A stretch of 64,000 nt of DNA from Octopus sinensis (GCF_006345805.1 NC_043017.1:9362001-9426000); one strand, 5' to 3'. Numbered from the stretch's first letter, positions 13,039 to 26,059 are shown. The notes: generated by a model not told the origin, from the letters alone. Translations and numbers: made by a program.

Positions 13039-13327
13039 TCTCTATTAATCTCCTTGTAAAGTAAAGAACAAAATTATTCTTAACATACTGTATGCAAATT
13101 AACCAACTCCAATTATAGGGTCTTTTAACTCAATACAGAATACAGAATATTGCATGGTATTCTGGGATTTCTGGGAGCTGGATAAGGGGTCCCATTTTGT
13201 ATACATACACATAAAAATAACTCTATCAGAATTATTAAAGCAATCAATATTCCAACACACTAAGCTAAGAGTCAAGACTATTGAAAAGGTTGCAAGACGC
13301 AATGAAAATTTTAGGAAAATAAAAATA

Positions 13328-13743
13328 GGCACAGGAGTGGCTGTGTGGTAAGTAGCTTGTTTACCAGCCACATGGTTCCGGGTTCAGTCCCACTGCGTGA
13401 CACCTTGGGCAAGTGTCTTCTACTATAGCCTCGGGCCGACCAAAGCCTTGTGAGTGGATTTGGTAGACGGAAACTGAAAGAAGCCTGTCGTATATATGTA
13501 TATATATATATGTGTGTGTGTGTGTATGTGTTTGTGTGTCTGTGTTTGTCCCCCTAGCATTGCTTGACAACCGATGCTGGTGTGTTTATGTCCCCATTAC
13601 TTAGCGGTTCGGCAAAAGAGACCGATAGAATAAGTACTGGGCTTACAAAAGAATAAGTCCTGGGGTCGAGTTGCTCGATTAAAGGCGGTGCTCCAGCATG
13701 GCCGCAGTCAAATGACTGAAACAAGTAAAAGAGTAAAAGAGTA
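13328..13743 (+). mobile_element. SINE family B, full length (tRNA head, CORE-like ccttgggcaagt, internal TA/TG microsatellite, (GTAAAAGA)n tail)
   Basis: A-box-like GTGGCTGTGTGGTAAG and B-box-like GGTTCAGTCCC; more than ten further copies in the window. Confidence 0.85.
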
Positions 13744-13866
13744 AGAAATAAGTGGAAATTTTACCAGTGAGTATGTTACATTATAAGGTACAAAAAGAAA
13801 ATGAGAAAATGACTCTCCCCAGACACAAGAGAATAAGCTAAAAAGTTTCCCCGGAAATCCTTCGAT

Positions 13867-14007
13867 ATTGGTCTACGGAATGTCCCTCAGAAGAGACAAT
13901 ATCATTCACCCACTTTTTCAGTTTAGTCTCTATATGTCATGAGGGAAGGTTGTGTGGGTGAAAGACGTATACAAATACCGAAGGATTGCTAGATTCCCCC
14001 ATAGCTG
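13867..14007 (+). repeat. 141-bp inverted duplication, copy 1
   Basis: Reverse complement of 15476-15616 with 4 mismatches. Confidence 0.9.
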
Positions 14008-14551
14008 CAATAGGTTGAAAGTTGGCTGCTATTTCTAGCTAGCCAAACAACCAGCTAGAGGTTCCTTCATTATATTTGTTACGTAAGTCTGGCCTGGTAC
14101 AGCAGACCTTATGATCAACGGTATATGCCAACCATGGCCATCCCACATTTTTAGGGGCTCTTGTTGAACTACATTTTCCAATGTGCCCTTCCATTTTTTA
14201 TTTTTATTTTATTTTTTTTTGTGAAACAGTAAAATTCAAAATTAGGCTGATTTGGTTGCTATTTCTAGCATGTTGGACTACCAACCACATGGAGGGTCTT
14301 CTCGGCTGCATTTAGTTGTCAATGTTGTTGGTGTTGTTGTTGTTATGTACAAGACAACCAGTGATGACATATCTACAAGAAGAAGAAGAAGGCTCTGTAT
14401 CGTCGTCGTTCACTCTCCACCCCCAACCGGTCTCCCCGCCCCCTTCCCCTCCTCATCCTCCCCCACACCCATTTATGTGTGTGTCTGTCTTAAAAAGAGA
14501 AACCCAAGTACACATGTCCTCTTTGATGTCCGACATTAAATATGTAGGGTG

Positions 14552-14591
<40 letters not shown>

Positions 14592-15475
14592 ATAACAGAC
14601 ATTCTCCTAATCAAGATGACAACGACCACCACCACGATGACAACAGCCTAGATCTGGGTCAGAATTTGGCAATATGAGAAAGTTGGTTATGGCTGAGATG
14701 GGGGTGGCGGGGTGGGTGGGGGTGGAGGAGGGCTCGGTGGATTGTGGAAAGGGAAGAGGTAGGGGGGCGGGAAAGGGGATTGGTTGAATTATTAAAACAA
14801 ACAGGATCAGGTTTAGGTTTAGTCTATACCAGTTATTACCAGTCTCCACGTTGTTGTTGTTGTTGTTGTTGTAATTGTTGTTGCTTGTTTTATAGTTTAG
14901 TCAGCAGAAATAAGGCTCTGCCCATTGATCCCCTTAAAGACCAACCCTTTTTTTAGAGTTGAACCCTTTTAGGGTTGGCACTTTGTAGTGTCTTTGAGAC
15001 AAGTGGTGGGTAGTCAGGATTATTAGTCCAAAGAACTGAATCGAATTATCCTGCTAAAGTCTCCCATGGGCTGGCACCCTAACTCCACCCTTTTAGGGCA
15101 GTCTAGCCATCAAAGACACTCCAGCTGTGACCTTATCATTTATTTATATGTATGTGTGGGATTTTGTCATGGGTATGGCTTCAAACTGCATTCAGTAGTG
15201 GGGCCCTAATTCAGAACTTTCAGGATTTTTGAGGAATGTGGAACCACCTGTTGATCCCTGGTGTATCTGACTTCTGCAGGGTCTCAGTTATGGCTTCATA
15301 AGCATGTTATGAAGAAACTCTGAGTACAAACCTGCACTGCCTTGTTGAGTACCAGGGGACTCAACCTTGACATCAAATCAAGGAGTGATGTTCATTCAGG
15401 AGGTTCAGTGCCCTCTTTTGGTGCCCTTCTGGCAATTCTACAGTAGGTGAAGCTCTCCGGTTCTGTAAAGTAATT

Positions 15476-15616
15476 CAGTTATGGGGGAATCTAGCAATCC
15501 TTCGGTATTTGTATACGTCTTTCACCCACACAACCTTCCCTCATGACATATAGAGACTAAACTGAAAAAGAGGGTGAATGATATTGTCTCTTCAGAGGGA
15601 CATTCCGGAGACCAAT
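15476..15616 (-). repeat. 141-bp inverted duplication, copy 2
   Basis: Reverse complement of 13867-14007. Confidence 0.9.
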
Positions 15617-15770
15617 TTCAGTTTCCATCTACCAAATCCACTCACAAGGCTTTGGTCAGCCCAAGGCTTATAGTAGAAGACACTTGCCCAAGGTGTCGCA
15701 CAGTGGGACTGAACCCGGAACTATGTGGTTTGGAAGCAAGCTTCTTACTACACAGCCACTCCTGCATCTA
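15617..15770 (-). mobile_element. SINE B 5' half
   Basis: Reverse complement of the family B head. Confidence 0.75.
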
Positions 15771-16011
15771 AATTTGACTAAATTCTTCATTATTTTCAAA
15801 ACTAAATGAAACAAAAGGATTCAAGCAGGAGTTCTCAACCATTTTTTATCTATGGACCCCTTTATATTCTCATGCCCTGCCCCTTAGCCCTTTAATGTTT
15901 AAAAACTAATTTTAAAGATCCTTCTTTCAAAATTCCTATTTTGTTTTTCACCCTTTAACTTGTGAAGGCCGAACCCTGTAAAATGTTAGAGAAAAAACTC
16001 AGCTGTTTCTT

Positions 16012-16396
16012 TTCTACTCTAGGCACAAGGCCCAAAATTTTGGGGTTAGAAGTCAGTTAATTAGATCAACCCAGTACACAACTGGTACTTAATTTGAACT
16101 CAGAACATAACGGCAAACGAAATACGGCTACGCATTTCGCCCGGCGTGCTAACGTTTCTGCCAGCTCGCTGCCTTTTATTTGTATGTGTCTATATGTTGT
16201 CTGAGTGTAGATGATGTGGTTGTGGTTAAGAAGCTTGTTTTGTCACCATGTAGCTTTAGGTTCAATCCTTGGGCAAGTATCTTCTTCTCTTGCACCAAGA
16301 AAGGATGAAAGGCAAAGTCAACCTCGGCGGAATTTGATCTCAGAATGTAAACACAGACGAAATACTGCTAAACATTTCTGCCAGCTCGCTGCCTTA
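16012..16396 (-). mobile_element. Chimeric SINE A insertion containing a 210-bp copy of 17970-18179
   Basis: 15-bp target duplication with one mismatch (15997-16011 and 16397-16411); 16091-16300 matches 17970-18179. Confidence 0.75.
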
Positions 16397-16440
16397 ACTG
16401 AGCTGTTTCTTGCAACAAATACCAATATATACATCTAAAG

Positions 16441-16722
16441 CAGGGGTTTTCAACCATTTTTAAATCTATAGAACCCCTGTGATTACTATTTTATTCTGGG
16501 TGGACCCCTATAGCCATTCAGTGCTTAAAAACTGGTTTTTTAGCAGCTTCTTTCAAAATTTCTATTTTGCTTTTCACATATTCGTTTGTGTAGGTTGAAC
16601 GATGAAAGAAACCCAGCTGTTTTTCGGGGGGCCCTTAAAAATACTATAGTGGGTCCCCAATTTACTATTTTGTTGCGTAGACCCCCAAACAATCTTATAT
16701 GGACCCCAGTTTCGAACCACTG
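16441..16722. mobile_element. hAT/Charlie-like MITE (related: 15826-16440, 44016-44259, 47134-47609, 40888-41122)
   Basis: Ends CAGGGGTTTTCAA...TTCGAACCACTG; flanks ATCTAAAG/AGTTAAAG match at 6 of 8 positions. Confidence 0.65.
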
Positions 16723-17199
16723 AGTTAAAGGGCTGTTAGTCTAGTTGGTTGGCTTGCTGGTCTGATGGGTGGTTGTCTTTGGGAGGTTGGTTTGCAGGCT
16801 GGCTGGCTGGCTGGCTGGTTGGCTGGTTGGTTGGTTGGCTGGTTGGTGGGGTGGCTGGTGGGGTGGTGGTCTGGGTGACTGTCTGATCAGATGGCTGGTT
16901 AGCTGATATTTTTCTCTACTGGCAGGAAGGATGTGAATCCTGATATGTTTAGTGGGTAGAGATGGCAGAGAGGGGGATGGGGGGTGACAGTGTTGGTGGT
17001 AGCTGGTTGCCTTGTTCTGATGATGATGCTGATGGTTATGCTATTGATGTGGATGTTTGTGACGTGAGGGGTAGGGTTAGGATGCAGAAGAGGGAGGAGG
17101 TGGGGTGGCATGACATGACCCATTAAACAACTGAAATATGGCGGGGGGGGGGGGGCAAGAGAAGAGAAGAATAGTGGGTGGGTGTATGGATGGAGAGGT

Positions 17200-17510
17200 C
17201 ATGGGTGGTAGGCAGACTGATAGCTAGTAGTAGTGCTAGCTGCTGCTGCAGTGGTGGTGGTCATGGTTGTCTTGATGGATGCAATAGTTGTAGGAGTAGT
17301 AATAGTAGTCGTAGCCACAACAGTAGTTCTGATGGTAGTGGTGGTATGGTGGTTGTTGTTGTAGTAACAGCAGCAGTGGTGATGGTGGTAGTAGTAGTAG
17401 TAATAGTTGTGGTAGTGGCCATGGTTGTGATGGGAGTGGTGGTTGTAGCAGTAGTAGCAGTAGCAGTATTTGTAGTGGTAGTAGTAGTAGTAGCAGCAAC
17501 AGCAGCAGTG

Positions 17511-17544
<34 letters not shown>

Positions 17545-17647
17545 CAACAGCAGCAGTGGTGGTGGTGGTGGTAGTAGTAGTAGTAGTAGCAACAGCAGCA
17601 GTGGTGGTAGTGGTGGTAGTAGTAGTAGTAGTAGCAGCAACAGCAGC

Positions 17648-17680
<33 letters not shown>

Positions 17681-17810
17681 TGTTGTTGTAGCAGTAGTGG
17701 TAGTAGTTGTGGTGCTGGTGCTGAAGACTTTCATAACCGTTCCAGCAGCAGCAACAAAAACAACTGCAATTTCACAACTATTACAATAACTACAACAACA
17801 ACAACAAGAA
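17200..17810. repeat. (GTA/GTG/GCA)n low-complexity tract
   Basis: Composition. Confidence 0.9.
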
Positions 17811-18354
17811 GCAAAGGGAAACCTGTATGTGGTCTCTCAACTTCCTTGAAACAACAGCCAAATCTCCCTCAAATCACCCGTTCTTCCCCCCTCCCCTGCC
17901 CCCCAAATTGGTTTCCAATAACAGATACATAGCGTAACCAAATCAACCCCCCCCATCCCACATCGGTGGAATTTGAACTCAGAACGTAACGGCAGACGTA
18001 ATACGGCTACGCATTTCATCCGGCGTGCTAACGTTTCTTCCAGCTCGCCGCCTTTTATTTGTATGTGTCTATATGTTGTCTGAGTGTGGATGATGTGGTT
18101 GTGGTTAAGAAGCTTGTTTTGTCACCGTGTGGTTTTAGGTTCAATCCTTGGGCAAGTATCTTCTTCTCTTGCACCAAGACTGATCGTTGTTTTGGAAGTG
18201 AATTTGGTAGAACTGTGTGGGAAGGCTGTTTGTGCATGTGTGTGTGTGTGTGTGTGTGTGTCTGTTTGCTTTCCCCTACACTTGACAACCGGTGTTGGTT
18301 TGTTTATATCTTTGCAACAGAATGGTGTGGCAGAATAGACCAATAGAAGTACCA

Positions 18355-18700
18355 AACATAAATGAATCAATGGAAATTGTAGCTGTGATACCAGTGCTGG
18401 TGGCACATAAGAGAACCATCCGAATGTGGCCGTTGCCAGCACCACCCCGACTGGCTTCCATGCCGGTGGCACGTAAAAAGCACCATCCGATCGTGGCCGT
18501 TTGCCAGCCTCGTCTTGCACCTGTGCCAGTGGCACATAAAAAGCACCCACTACACTCTTGGAGTGGTTGGCGTTAGGAAGGGCATCCAGCTGTAGAAACA
18601 TTGCCAGATCAGACTGGGCCTGGTGCAGCCTTCTGGCTTCCCAGACCCCAGTTGAACCGTCCAACCCATGCCAGCATGGAAAGCGGACGCTAAACGATGG
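18355..18700 (+). mobile_element. RTE 3' UTR copy (others at about 1400-1509, 4212-4365, 23435-23846, 24550-24970, 37600-38000, 45470-45612)
   Basis: gtggcacgtaaaaagcacc repeats, ggttggcgttaggaagggcatccagctgtagaaac, and ccatgccagcatggaaagcggacg before the GAT tail. Confidence 0.8.
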
Positions 18701-18814
18701 TGAAGTCCTTGGGTCAATTTACTCAACTAAATCCTTCAAGATGCTGCTCCAACCTGGCCACAGTCCAAAGACTGAAACTAGAGAGATAGTAAAAAAGAGA
18801 AGAAGGACATATAT

Positions 18815-19180
18815 ATCTAAGAAGCTTTGCTTGCCAACCACACGGTTCCAGGTTCAGTCCCACTGCATGGTGCCTTGGGCAAGTGTCTTCTACTATAGCC
18901 TAGGGCCAACCAAAGCCTTGTGAATGGATTTGGTAGACGGAAACTGAAAGAAGCCCGTCATATATATGTGTGTGTCTGTGTTTGTCCCACCATCATCACC
19001 ACTTAACAACTGGTGTTGGTGTGTTTATGTTACTATAACTTAGTGGTTTGTCAAAAGAGACTGATAAAGTACCAGGTTTTAAAAAAAGAAAAATTATGTA
19101 CTGGGATCAATTGATTCGACTAAAATTTCTAGGTGGTGCCTCAACATACCTCTTGCCAAATGACTGAAACAAATAAAAGA
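18815..19180 (+). mobile_element. SINE family B
   Basis: Head, body and ctgaaacaaataaaaga tail. Confidence 0.75.
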
Positions 19181-19324
19181 TCACACACACACTTGCTGGT
19201 GTCACATAAAAAGCAGCCAGTACACTCTGTATAGTGACTGGTGTTAGGAAGGGCACCCAGCTGTAGAAAACCATGCCAAAACAGACAATGGAGTCTTGTG
19301 CAGTCCTCCAGCTGACCACCTCCT

Positions 19325-20163
19325 ATTACTTTACTACCCACAAGGGGCTAAACACAGAGGGAACAAACAAGGACAGACAAAGGGATTTAGTCGATTATAT
19401 CGACCCCAGTGCGTAACTGGTACTTAATTTATCGACCCCGAAAGGATGAAAGGCAAAGTCGACCTCGGCGGAATTTGAACTCAGAACATAGCAGCAGACG
19501 AAATACCGCTAAGCATTTCAAACAAGGACAGACAAAGGGATTAAGTCGATTATATCGACCCCAGTGCGTAACTGGTACTTAATTTATCGACCCCGAAAGG
19601 ATGACCTCGGCGGAATTTGAACTCAGAACGTAGTGGCAGACGAAATACCGCTAAGCATTTCAAACAAGGACAGACAAAGGGATTAAGTCGATTATATCGA
19701 CCCCAGTGCGTAACTGGTACTTAATTTATCGACCCCGAAAGGATGAAAGGCAAAGTCGACCTCGGCGGAATTTGAACTCAGAACGTAGCGGCAGACGAAA
19801 TACCGCTAAGCATTTCAAACAAGGACAGACAAAGGGATTAAGTCGATTATATCGACCCCAGTGCGTAACTGGTACTTAATTTATCGACCCTGAAAGGATG
19901 AAAGGCAAAGTCGACCGTGGCGGAATTTGAACTCAGAACGTAGCGGCAGACGAAATACCGCTAAGCATTTCAAACAAGGACAGACAAAGGGATTAAGTCG
20001 ATTATATCGACCTCAGTGCATAACTGGTACTTATTTAATCGACCCCGAAAGGATGAAAGGCAAAGTCGACCTCGGCGGAATTTGAACTCAGAACGTAGCG
20101 GCAGACGAAATACCGCTAAGCATTTCGCTGGGCATGCTAACGATTCTGCCAGCTGACCACCTC
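19325..20163 (-). mobile_element. SINE A whose internal 155-bp segment is amplified five times
   Basis: Units start at 19364, 19519 (13-bp deletion), 19661, 19816 and 19971. Flanked by the 17-bp duplication CCAGCTGACCACCTCCT (19308 and 20168) inside an RTE 3' UTR copy. Confidence 0.9.
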
Positions 20164-20289
20164 GCTGCCAGCTGACCACCTCCTGTCACACTGTCCAGCT
20201 CATGCCAGCATGGTAAATGGACATTAATTGATGTCATTGACAAGGACAATGATGATGATGATGATGATGATATATGTTTTTATCATCTT

Positions 20290-20328
<39 letters not shown>

Positions 20329-20479
20329 TCACACGCATGCGCACACACACGCATATATTATGGGTGCTTACTTATCAACTCCTGCCATCAACACTATTTT
20401 GGACTCCTGGTGTACAGGGACGTAACTAAATACTCAACATGCCATGTGTCTTTCCCCCCACCCCCACCCCACCTCCACC

Positions 20480-20846
20480 CACCCCACGTCTGGCACTCTT
20501 CTACCAACCAAAAGAAACATACCACAATATCTGAATTCTTCCTCCCTCCCCCCCCTCTCTCTCTCTCTCTTTCATTTTGTCCTTATCCTTTTTTTTTTCC
20601 CTCCTCTCACTGCTCCCCACTCATGTCTTCCTTGCAACTCCTTTCTTTTGCTTTGTCCTCCTTTTTTTTATTGATTCTCTCCCCTACCCCCCCCTCCGTC
20701 AATCTCCACTCCAGGTTCTCTTTTTCTTTTTCTTCCATGCATTATCCCTTCTTTTCTTCTCATCCCTCCTCTCTTTCTCTCTCTCCTTCTCTCTCTCTCT
20801 CTCCCCTTCTCTCTCTCTCTCTCCCCTTCTCTCTCTCTCTCTCCCC

Positions 20847-20877
<31 letters not shown>

Positions 20878-21060
20878 CTTGCTTCATCTCCCTATTATTC
20901 CTTTCTCCCTCCCTCCCTCTCTCTCTCTCTCCCCTTTCTCTCAATATATCTCATATGCAAACATACATTCTATCTCTTCCTCTCTTTCTCCCAGTCCTAT
21001 CTCTATTCTCTGTCCCCCTCTCTCATACACTCTGTCCCCCTCTCTCTCTCTCTCTCTCTC
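20480..21060. repeat. (CT)n polypyrimidine tract
   Basis: Composition. Confidence 0.9.
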
Positions 21061-21427
21061 AGCACAACACTCTCCCTTTTCTAACTCAACACCACCTTGT
21101 TACACACTCACACACACACAGACATATATACAACACACGCATACATACACTTGCATACATACACACACACTTCATACACACTTCCTACTGTTGCATAGAC
21201 ACTACACATAAATTCAAATATACCCACACACACACACACATACATACATGTCCACATATACATAAAATTATGAAAGCACTACCAATCTATATACATACAC
21301 ATTCACACACATACACACACACATATACACTCCCCGCTCATACACATACACATAATCCTACCCATTATCCACAGCACGTACACACATATGACTACAAAAT
21401 TTCACACACACACACACCACACGCGCA

Positions 21428-21990
21428 CTCTGAAACACTACCAATTTACATACATACACTCACACACACACATACATGATATGACTGTAACACCACACAC
21501 ACACACACACATACAGAGTTATGCTACATAGTCACACACACACACACACACACACTCTGAAACACTACCAATTTACATACATACACTCACACACACACAT
21601 ACATGATATTACTGTAACACCACACACACACACACATACAGAGTTATGCTACATAGTCACACACACACACACACACTCTGAAACACTACCAATCTACATA
21701 CATACACTCACACACACACATACATGATATTACTGTAACACCACACACACACACACACACATACAGAGTTATGCTACATAGTCACACACACACACACACA
21801 CTCTGAAACACTGCCAATCTACATACATACACTCACACACACACATACATGATATTACTGTAACACCACACACACACACACACACATACAGAGTTATGCT
21901 ACATAGTCACACACACACACACACACACACTCTGAAACACTACCAATCTACATACATACACTCTCACACACACACGTACATACATACATA
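21428..21990. repeat. CA-rich minisatellite, unit about 121-129 bp, 4.5 copies
   Basis: ctctgaaacact at 21428, 21555, 21676, 21801 and 21930. Confidence 0.9.
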
Positions 21991-22082
21991 TGACCGTAGC
22001 ACTACACACACACACACTTATACTATGCGGTCACTATCTCACATACACACACACATATTCATATGCATGATGTGACAATACA

Positions 22083-22136
<54 letters not shown>

Positions 22137-22781
22137 CACGTACCTACACATGATATGGCTACAGTGCTAACCCCCACACACACGCACACTAACCACACAC
22201 ACACACAACTACAAGGCCAATCTATGCAAATCTAGGCCAGTGGGACAGTGGAGAGAGAAGGAGAGAAAGTGAGAGAGAGAGAGAGACGGAGAGGGGAGGG
22301 AGGAGGAGAGATAGTTACAGTTGTGGGAGGAGGGGGAGGAGGTAAGGTTCTCTTGACCCACCTCGTTTCCCCCCCTCCCCTCCCGCCACCACCACCGCCA
22401 CTACTACGTCTGTGTACTTAGTGACCCACCCCCTCCCACTATACTACCCCCCTCTCTCTCATCCTAACTTATGTGCTCTTTTTTTTTTTTATTTGTCCTT
22501 TTGCGTATGTTTTTTTTTCTCTTTTTTTTTCTCTCTCCAACATTATCTCTGTGCTTGTGTCTGTGTATATGTGTATGTGCCCATGTGTGCCTCTGTGTGT
22601 GTGTGCCTCTGTGTGTATGTGCCTCTGTGTGTGTGCCTGTGTGTGTTATGTATATCACCACAGATTTTTATCTTCTGGCTTTCTCCAGCACTTTATGTCC
22701 TCCACTCTGTGCCTTTATCTTTCTGTTGCTTCAATTTGCTGTTTTATCATGTGTGTGTATGTAAATATGTATGTCCTATAC

Positions 22782-22851
<70 letters not shown>

Positions 22852-22886
22852 TTATCTATCTATCTATCTCTATCTATCTATCTCTC

Positions 22887-22930
<44 letters not shown>

Positions 22931-23010
22931 ATATATATATATATTCACACATACACTCTCTCTCAATCTCCCTTTCCGCTTTGCAGCTTGATGCTTTAAC
23001 ATACATACAT

Positions 23011-23041
<31 letters not shown>

Positions 23042-23046
<5 letters not shown>

Positions 23047-23844
23047 CACAGGAGTGGCTGTGTGGTAAGAGGCTTGCTTCCAACCACATAGTTCCAGGTT
23101 CAGTACCACTGCGTGGCACCTTGTATTCTACTATAGCCTCAGGCTGACCAAAGCCTTGTGAGTGGATTTGTTTGTCAGAAACTGAAAGAAGCCCTTATAT
23201 ATATATATATGTGTGTGTGTTTGTGTGTCTGTGTTTATCCTCCCCACTATTGCTTGACAACCTATGCTGGTGTGTTTGCATTCCTGTAACTTCGTGGTTC
23301 GGCAAAAGAGCTCTATAGAATAAGTACTAAGCTTACAAAGAATAAAGTTCTCTGGTTGATTTGTTCGATGAAATGGGGTGCTCCAGCATGGCTACAGAAC
23401 TGAAACAAGTAAAAGAATAAAAGAATATATATTTCGAAATTGATCAACATCAATGGAAATTGCAGCTGCGATACCAGTGCCGATGGCACGTAAGAGAACC
23501 ATCCGAATGTGGCCGTTGCCAGCACCGCCCCGACTGGCCTCGTGCTGGTGGCACGTAAAAAGCACCATCCGTTTGTGGCCATTGCCAGCCTCGCCTGGCC
23601 CCTGTGCTGGTGGCACGTAAAAAGCACCATCCGATCGTGGCCGTTTACCAGCCTCGTCTGGCACGTAAAAAGCACCCACTACACTCACGGAGTGGTTGGC
23701 GTTAAGAAGGGCATCCACCGTAGAAACATTGCCAGATCAGCCTGGGCCTGGTGCAGCCTTCTGGCTTCCCAGACCCCAGTTGAACCGTCCAACCCATGCT
23801 AGCATGGAAAGCGGACGCTAAACGATGATGATGATGATGATGAT

Positions 23845-23875
<31 letters not shown>

Positions 23876-24103
23876 AAGGCGGCGAACTGGCAGAAACGTT
23901 AGCACGCCGGGCGAAATGCGTAGCTGTATTTCGTCTGTCGTCACGTTCCGAGTTCAAATTCCGCCGAGGTCGACTTTGCCTTTCATCCTTTCGGGGTCGA
24001 TAAATTAAGTACCAGTTACACACTGGGGTCGATATAATCGACTTAATCCGTTTGTCTGACCTTGTTTGTCCCGGCTGTGTTTAGCCCCTTGTGGGTAGTA
24101 AAG

Positions 24104-24155
<52 letters not shown>

Positions 24156-25245
24156 CACAGGAGTGGCTGTGTGGTAAGAGGCTTGCTTCCAACCACATAG
24201 TTCCAGGTTCAGTACCACTGCGTGGCACCTTGTATTCTACTATAGCCTCAGGCTGACCAAAGCCTTGTGAGTGGATTTGTTTGACAGAAACTGAAAGAAG
24301 CCCTTATATATATATATATATGTGTGTGTGTTTGTGTGTCTGTGTTTATCCTCCCCACTATTGCTTGACAACCGATGCTGGTGTGTTTGCATTCCTGTAA
24401 CTTCGTGGTTCGGCAAAAGAGCTCGATAGAATAAGTACTAAGCTTTCAAAGAATAAAGTTCTCTGGTTGATTTGTTCGATGAAATGGGGTGCTCCAGCAT
24501 GGCTACAGAACTGAAACAAGTAAAAGAATAAAAGAATATATATATCGAAATTGATCAACATCAATGGAAATTGCAGCTGCGATACCAGTGCCGATGGCAC
24601 GTAAGAGAACCATCCGAATGTGGCCGTTGCCAGCACCGCCCCGACTGGCCTCGTGCTGGTGGCACGTAAAAAGCACCATCCGTTTGTGGCCATTGCCAGC
24701 TTCGCCTGGCCCCTGTGCTGGTGGCACGTAAAAAGCACCATCCGATCGTGGCCGTTTACCAGCCTCGTCTGGCACCTGTGCCGGTGGCACGTAAAAAGCA
24801 CCCACTACACTCACAGAGTGGTTGGCGTTAAGAAGGGCATCCACCGTAGAAACATTGCCAGATCAGCCTGGCCTGGTGCAACCTTCTGGCTTCCAGACCC
24901 CAGTTGAACCGTCCAACCCATGCTAGCATGGAAAGCGGACGCTAAACGATGATGATGATGATGATGATGATATATATATATATAATATATATATATATAC
25001 AAAAGGCGGCGAACTGGCAGAAACGTTAGCACGCCGGGCGAAATGCGTAGATGTATTTCGTCTGTCGTCACGTTCCGAGTTCAAATTCCGCCGAGGTCGA
25101 CTTTGCCTTTCATCCTTTCGGGGTCGATAAATTAAGTACCAGTTACACACTGGGGTCGATATAATCGACTTAATCCGTTTGTCTGACCTTGTTTGTCCCG
25201 GCTGTGTTTAGCCCCTTGTGGGTAGTAAAGAAATATATATATATA

Positions 25246-25260
<15 letters not shown>
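23042..25260 (+). repeat. Tandem duplication with a period of about 1.1 kb (SINE B + RTE 3' UTR + SINE A), two copies
   Basis: ttagacacagg at 23042 and 24151; copies differ by scattered SNPs and small indels; junctions lie in (TA)n. Confidence 0.9.
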
Positions 25261-25297
<37 letters not shown>

Positions 25298-25732
25298 AAT
25301 GTCCATGTCTATCTCTCTTTCAGTCTCTCCTTCTCCACTCTCTTTCCCTTCTCCTGTCTACCACACCCTGTACTTTATCCAAACATATCTGATACTGCTC
25401 CTGGGTGGGGGGAAGGTACCGGATACAATTACCACCACTTACAACCACCACAACTACTTCTAAACCACCCCCACCTCCAACGTCCACTCCACTCCACTCA
25501 TACTCAAATAATCCCCCACCTCCCACCATCTCACCACTGTCTTTTCTACTACCCCCTCCTCTTCCACTGTAACTGTCACCACCCTGTCACCTTACTACCA
25601 CCACCCATATTCACCAACATGGTCACTCAGCTTGCTAGAAATAGCAACCAAATAAACTCTCAAGTTCCTTTTTACTGTCTTAGAAACATAAAGACCACAC
25701 TGAATGTGTGTTTGGCATGTCTGTGTGTATCT

Positions 25733-26010
25733 GTGCATGACTTAGTGGTTAGGGTATTTGGCTCGTGATTGTAAGGCCGTAAGTTCAATTCACAGTGGCA
25801 TGTTGTGTCCTTGAGCAAGACACTTCATTTCACATTGCTCCAGTTCAGTCAGTTGGCAAAAATGAGTTGTACCGGTAATACAAAGGGCCAGCCTTGTCAC
25901 ATCCTGTGTAGAATATGTACCAGATTTTAAAATAAGTACTAGGGAGCGATTTATTCAACTAAACCCTTGAGGCAATGCTCCAGCATGGTCGCAGTCGAAT
26001 GTACTGAGTC
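25733..26010 (+). mobile_element. Older tRNA-derived SINE family C with a CORE/MESC-like domain (also about 6120-6400 and 28735-29045)
   Basis: Shared tagtggtta..gttcaatt..tgtgtccttgagcaagacactt.atttcacatt.ctccagt.cactcagctggcaaaaatgagt. Confidence 0.6.
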
Positions 26011-26059
26011 CAGCAGTCACTTTCGGCATCGAGTTCAGCTGTCGCATTCAAATAGACCA

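Noticed and set aside
14700-14780. G-quadruplex-capable G-runs
   Set aside because: Common in this low-complexity context; no evidence of function.
17178-17789. Poly-Val / poly-Thr (mucin-like) ORFs
   Set aside because: Trinucleotide low-complexity tract open in several frames.
19364-20125. CRISPR-like array
   Set aside because: Eukaryotic context, no unique spacers, and the units are SINE internal sequence; the same applies to the 41-bp and 84-bp arrays.
20410-21479. 224-aa and 300-aa Ser/Leu/His/Thr ORFs
   Set aside because: Translations of (CT)n and (CA)n tracts.
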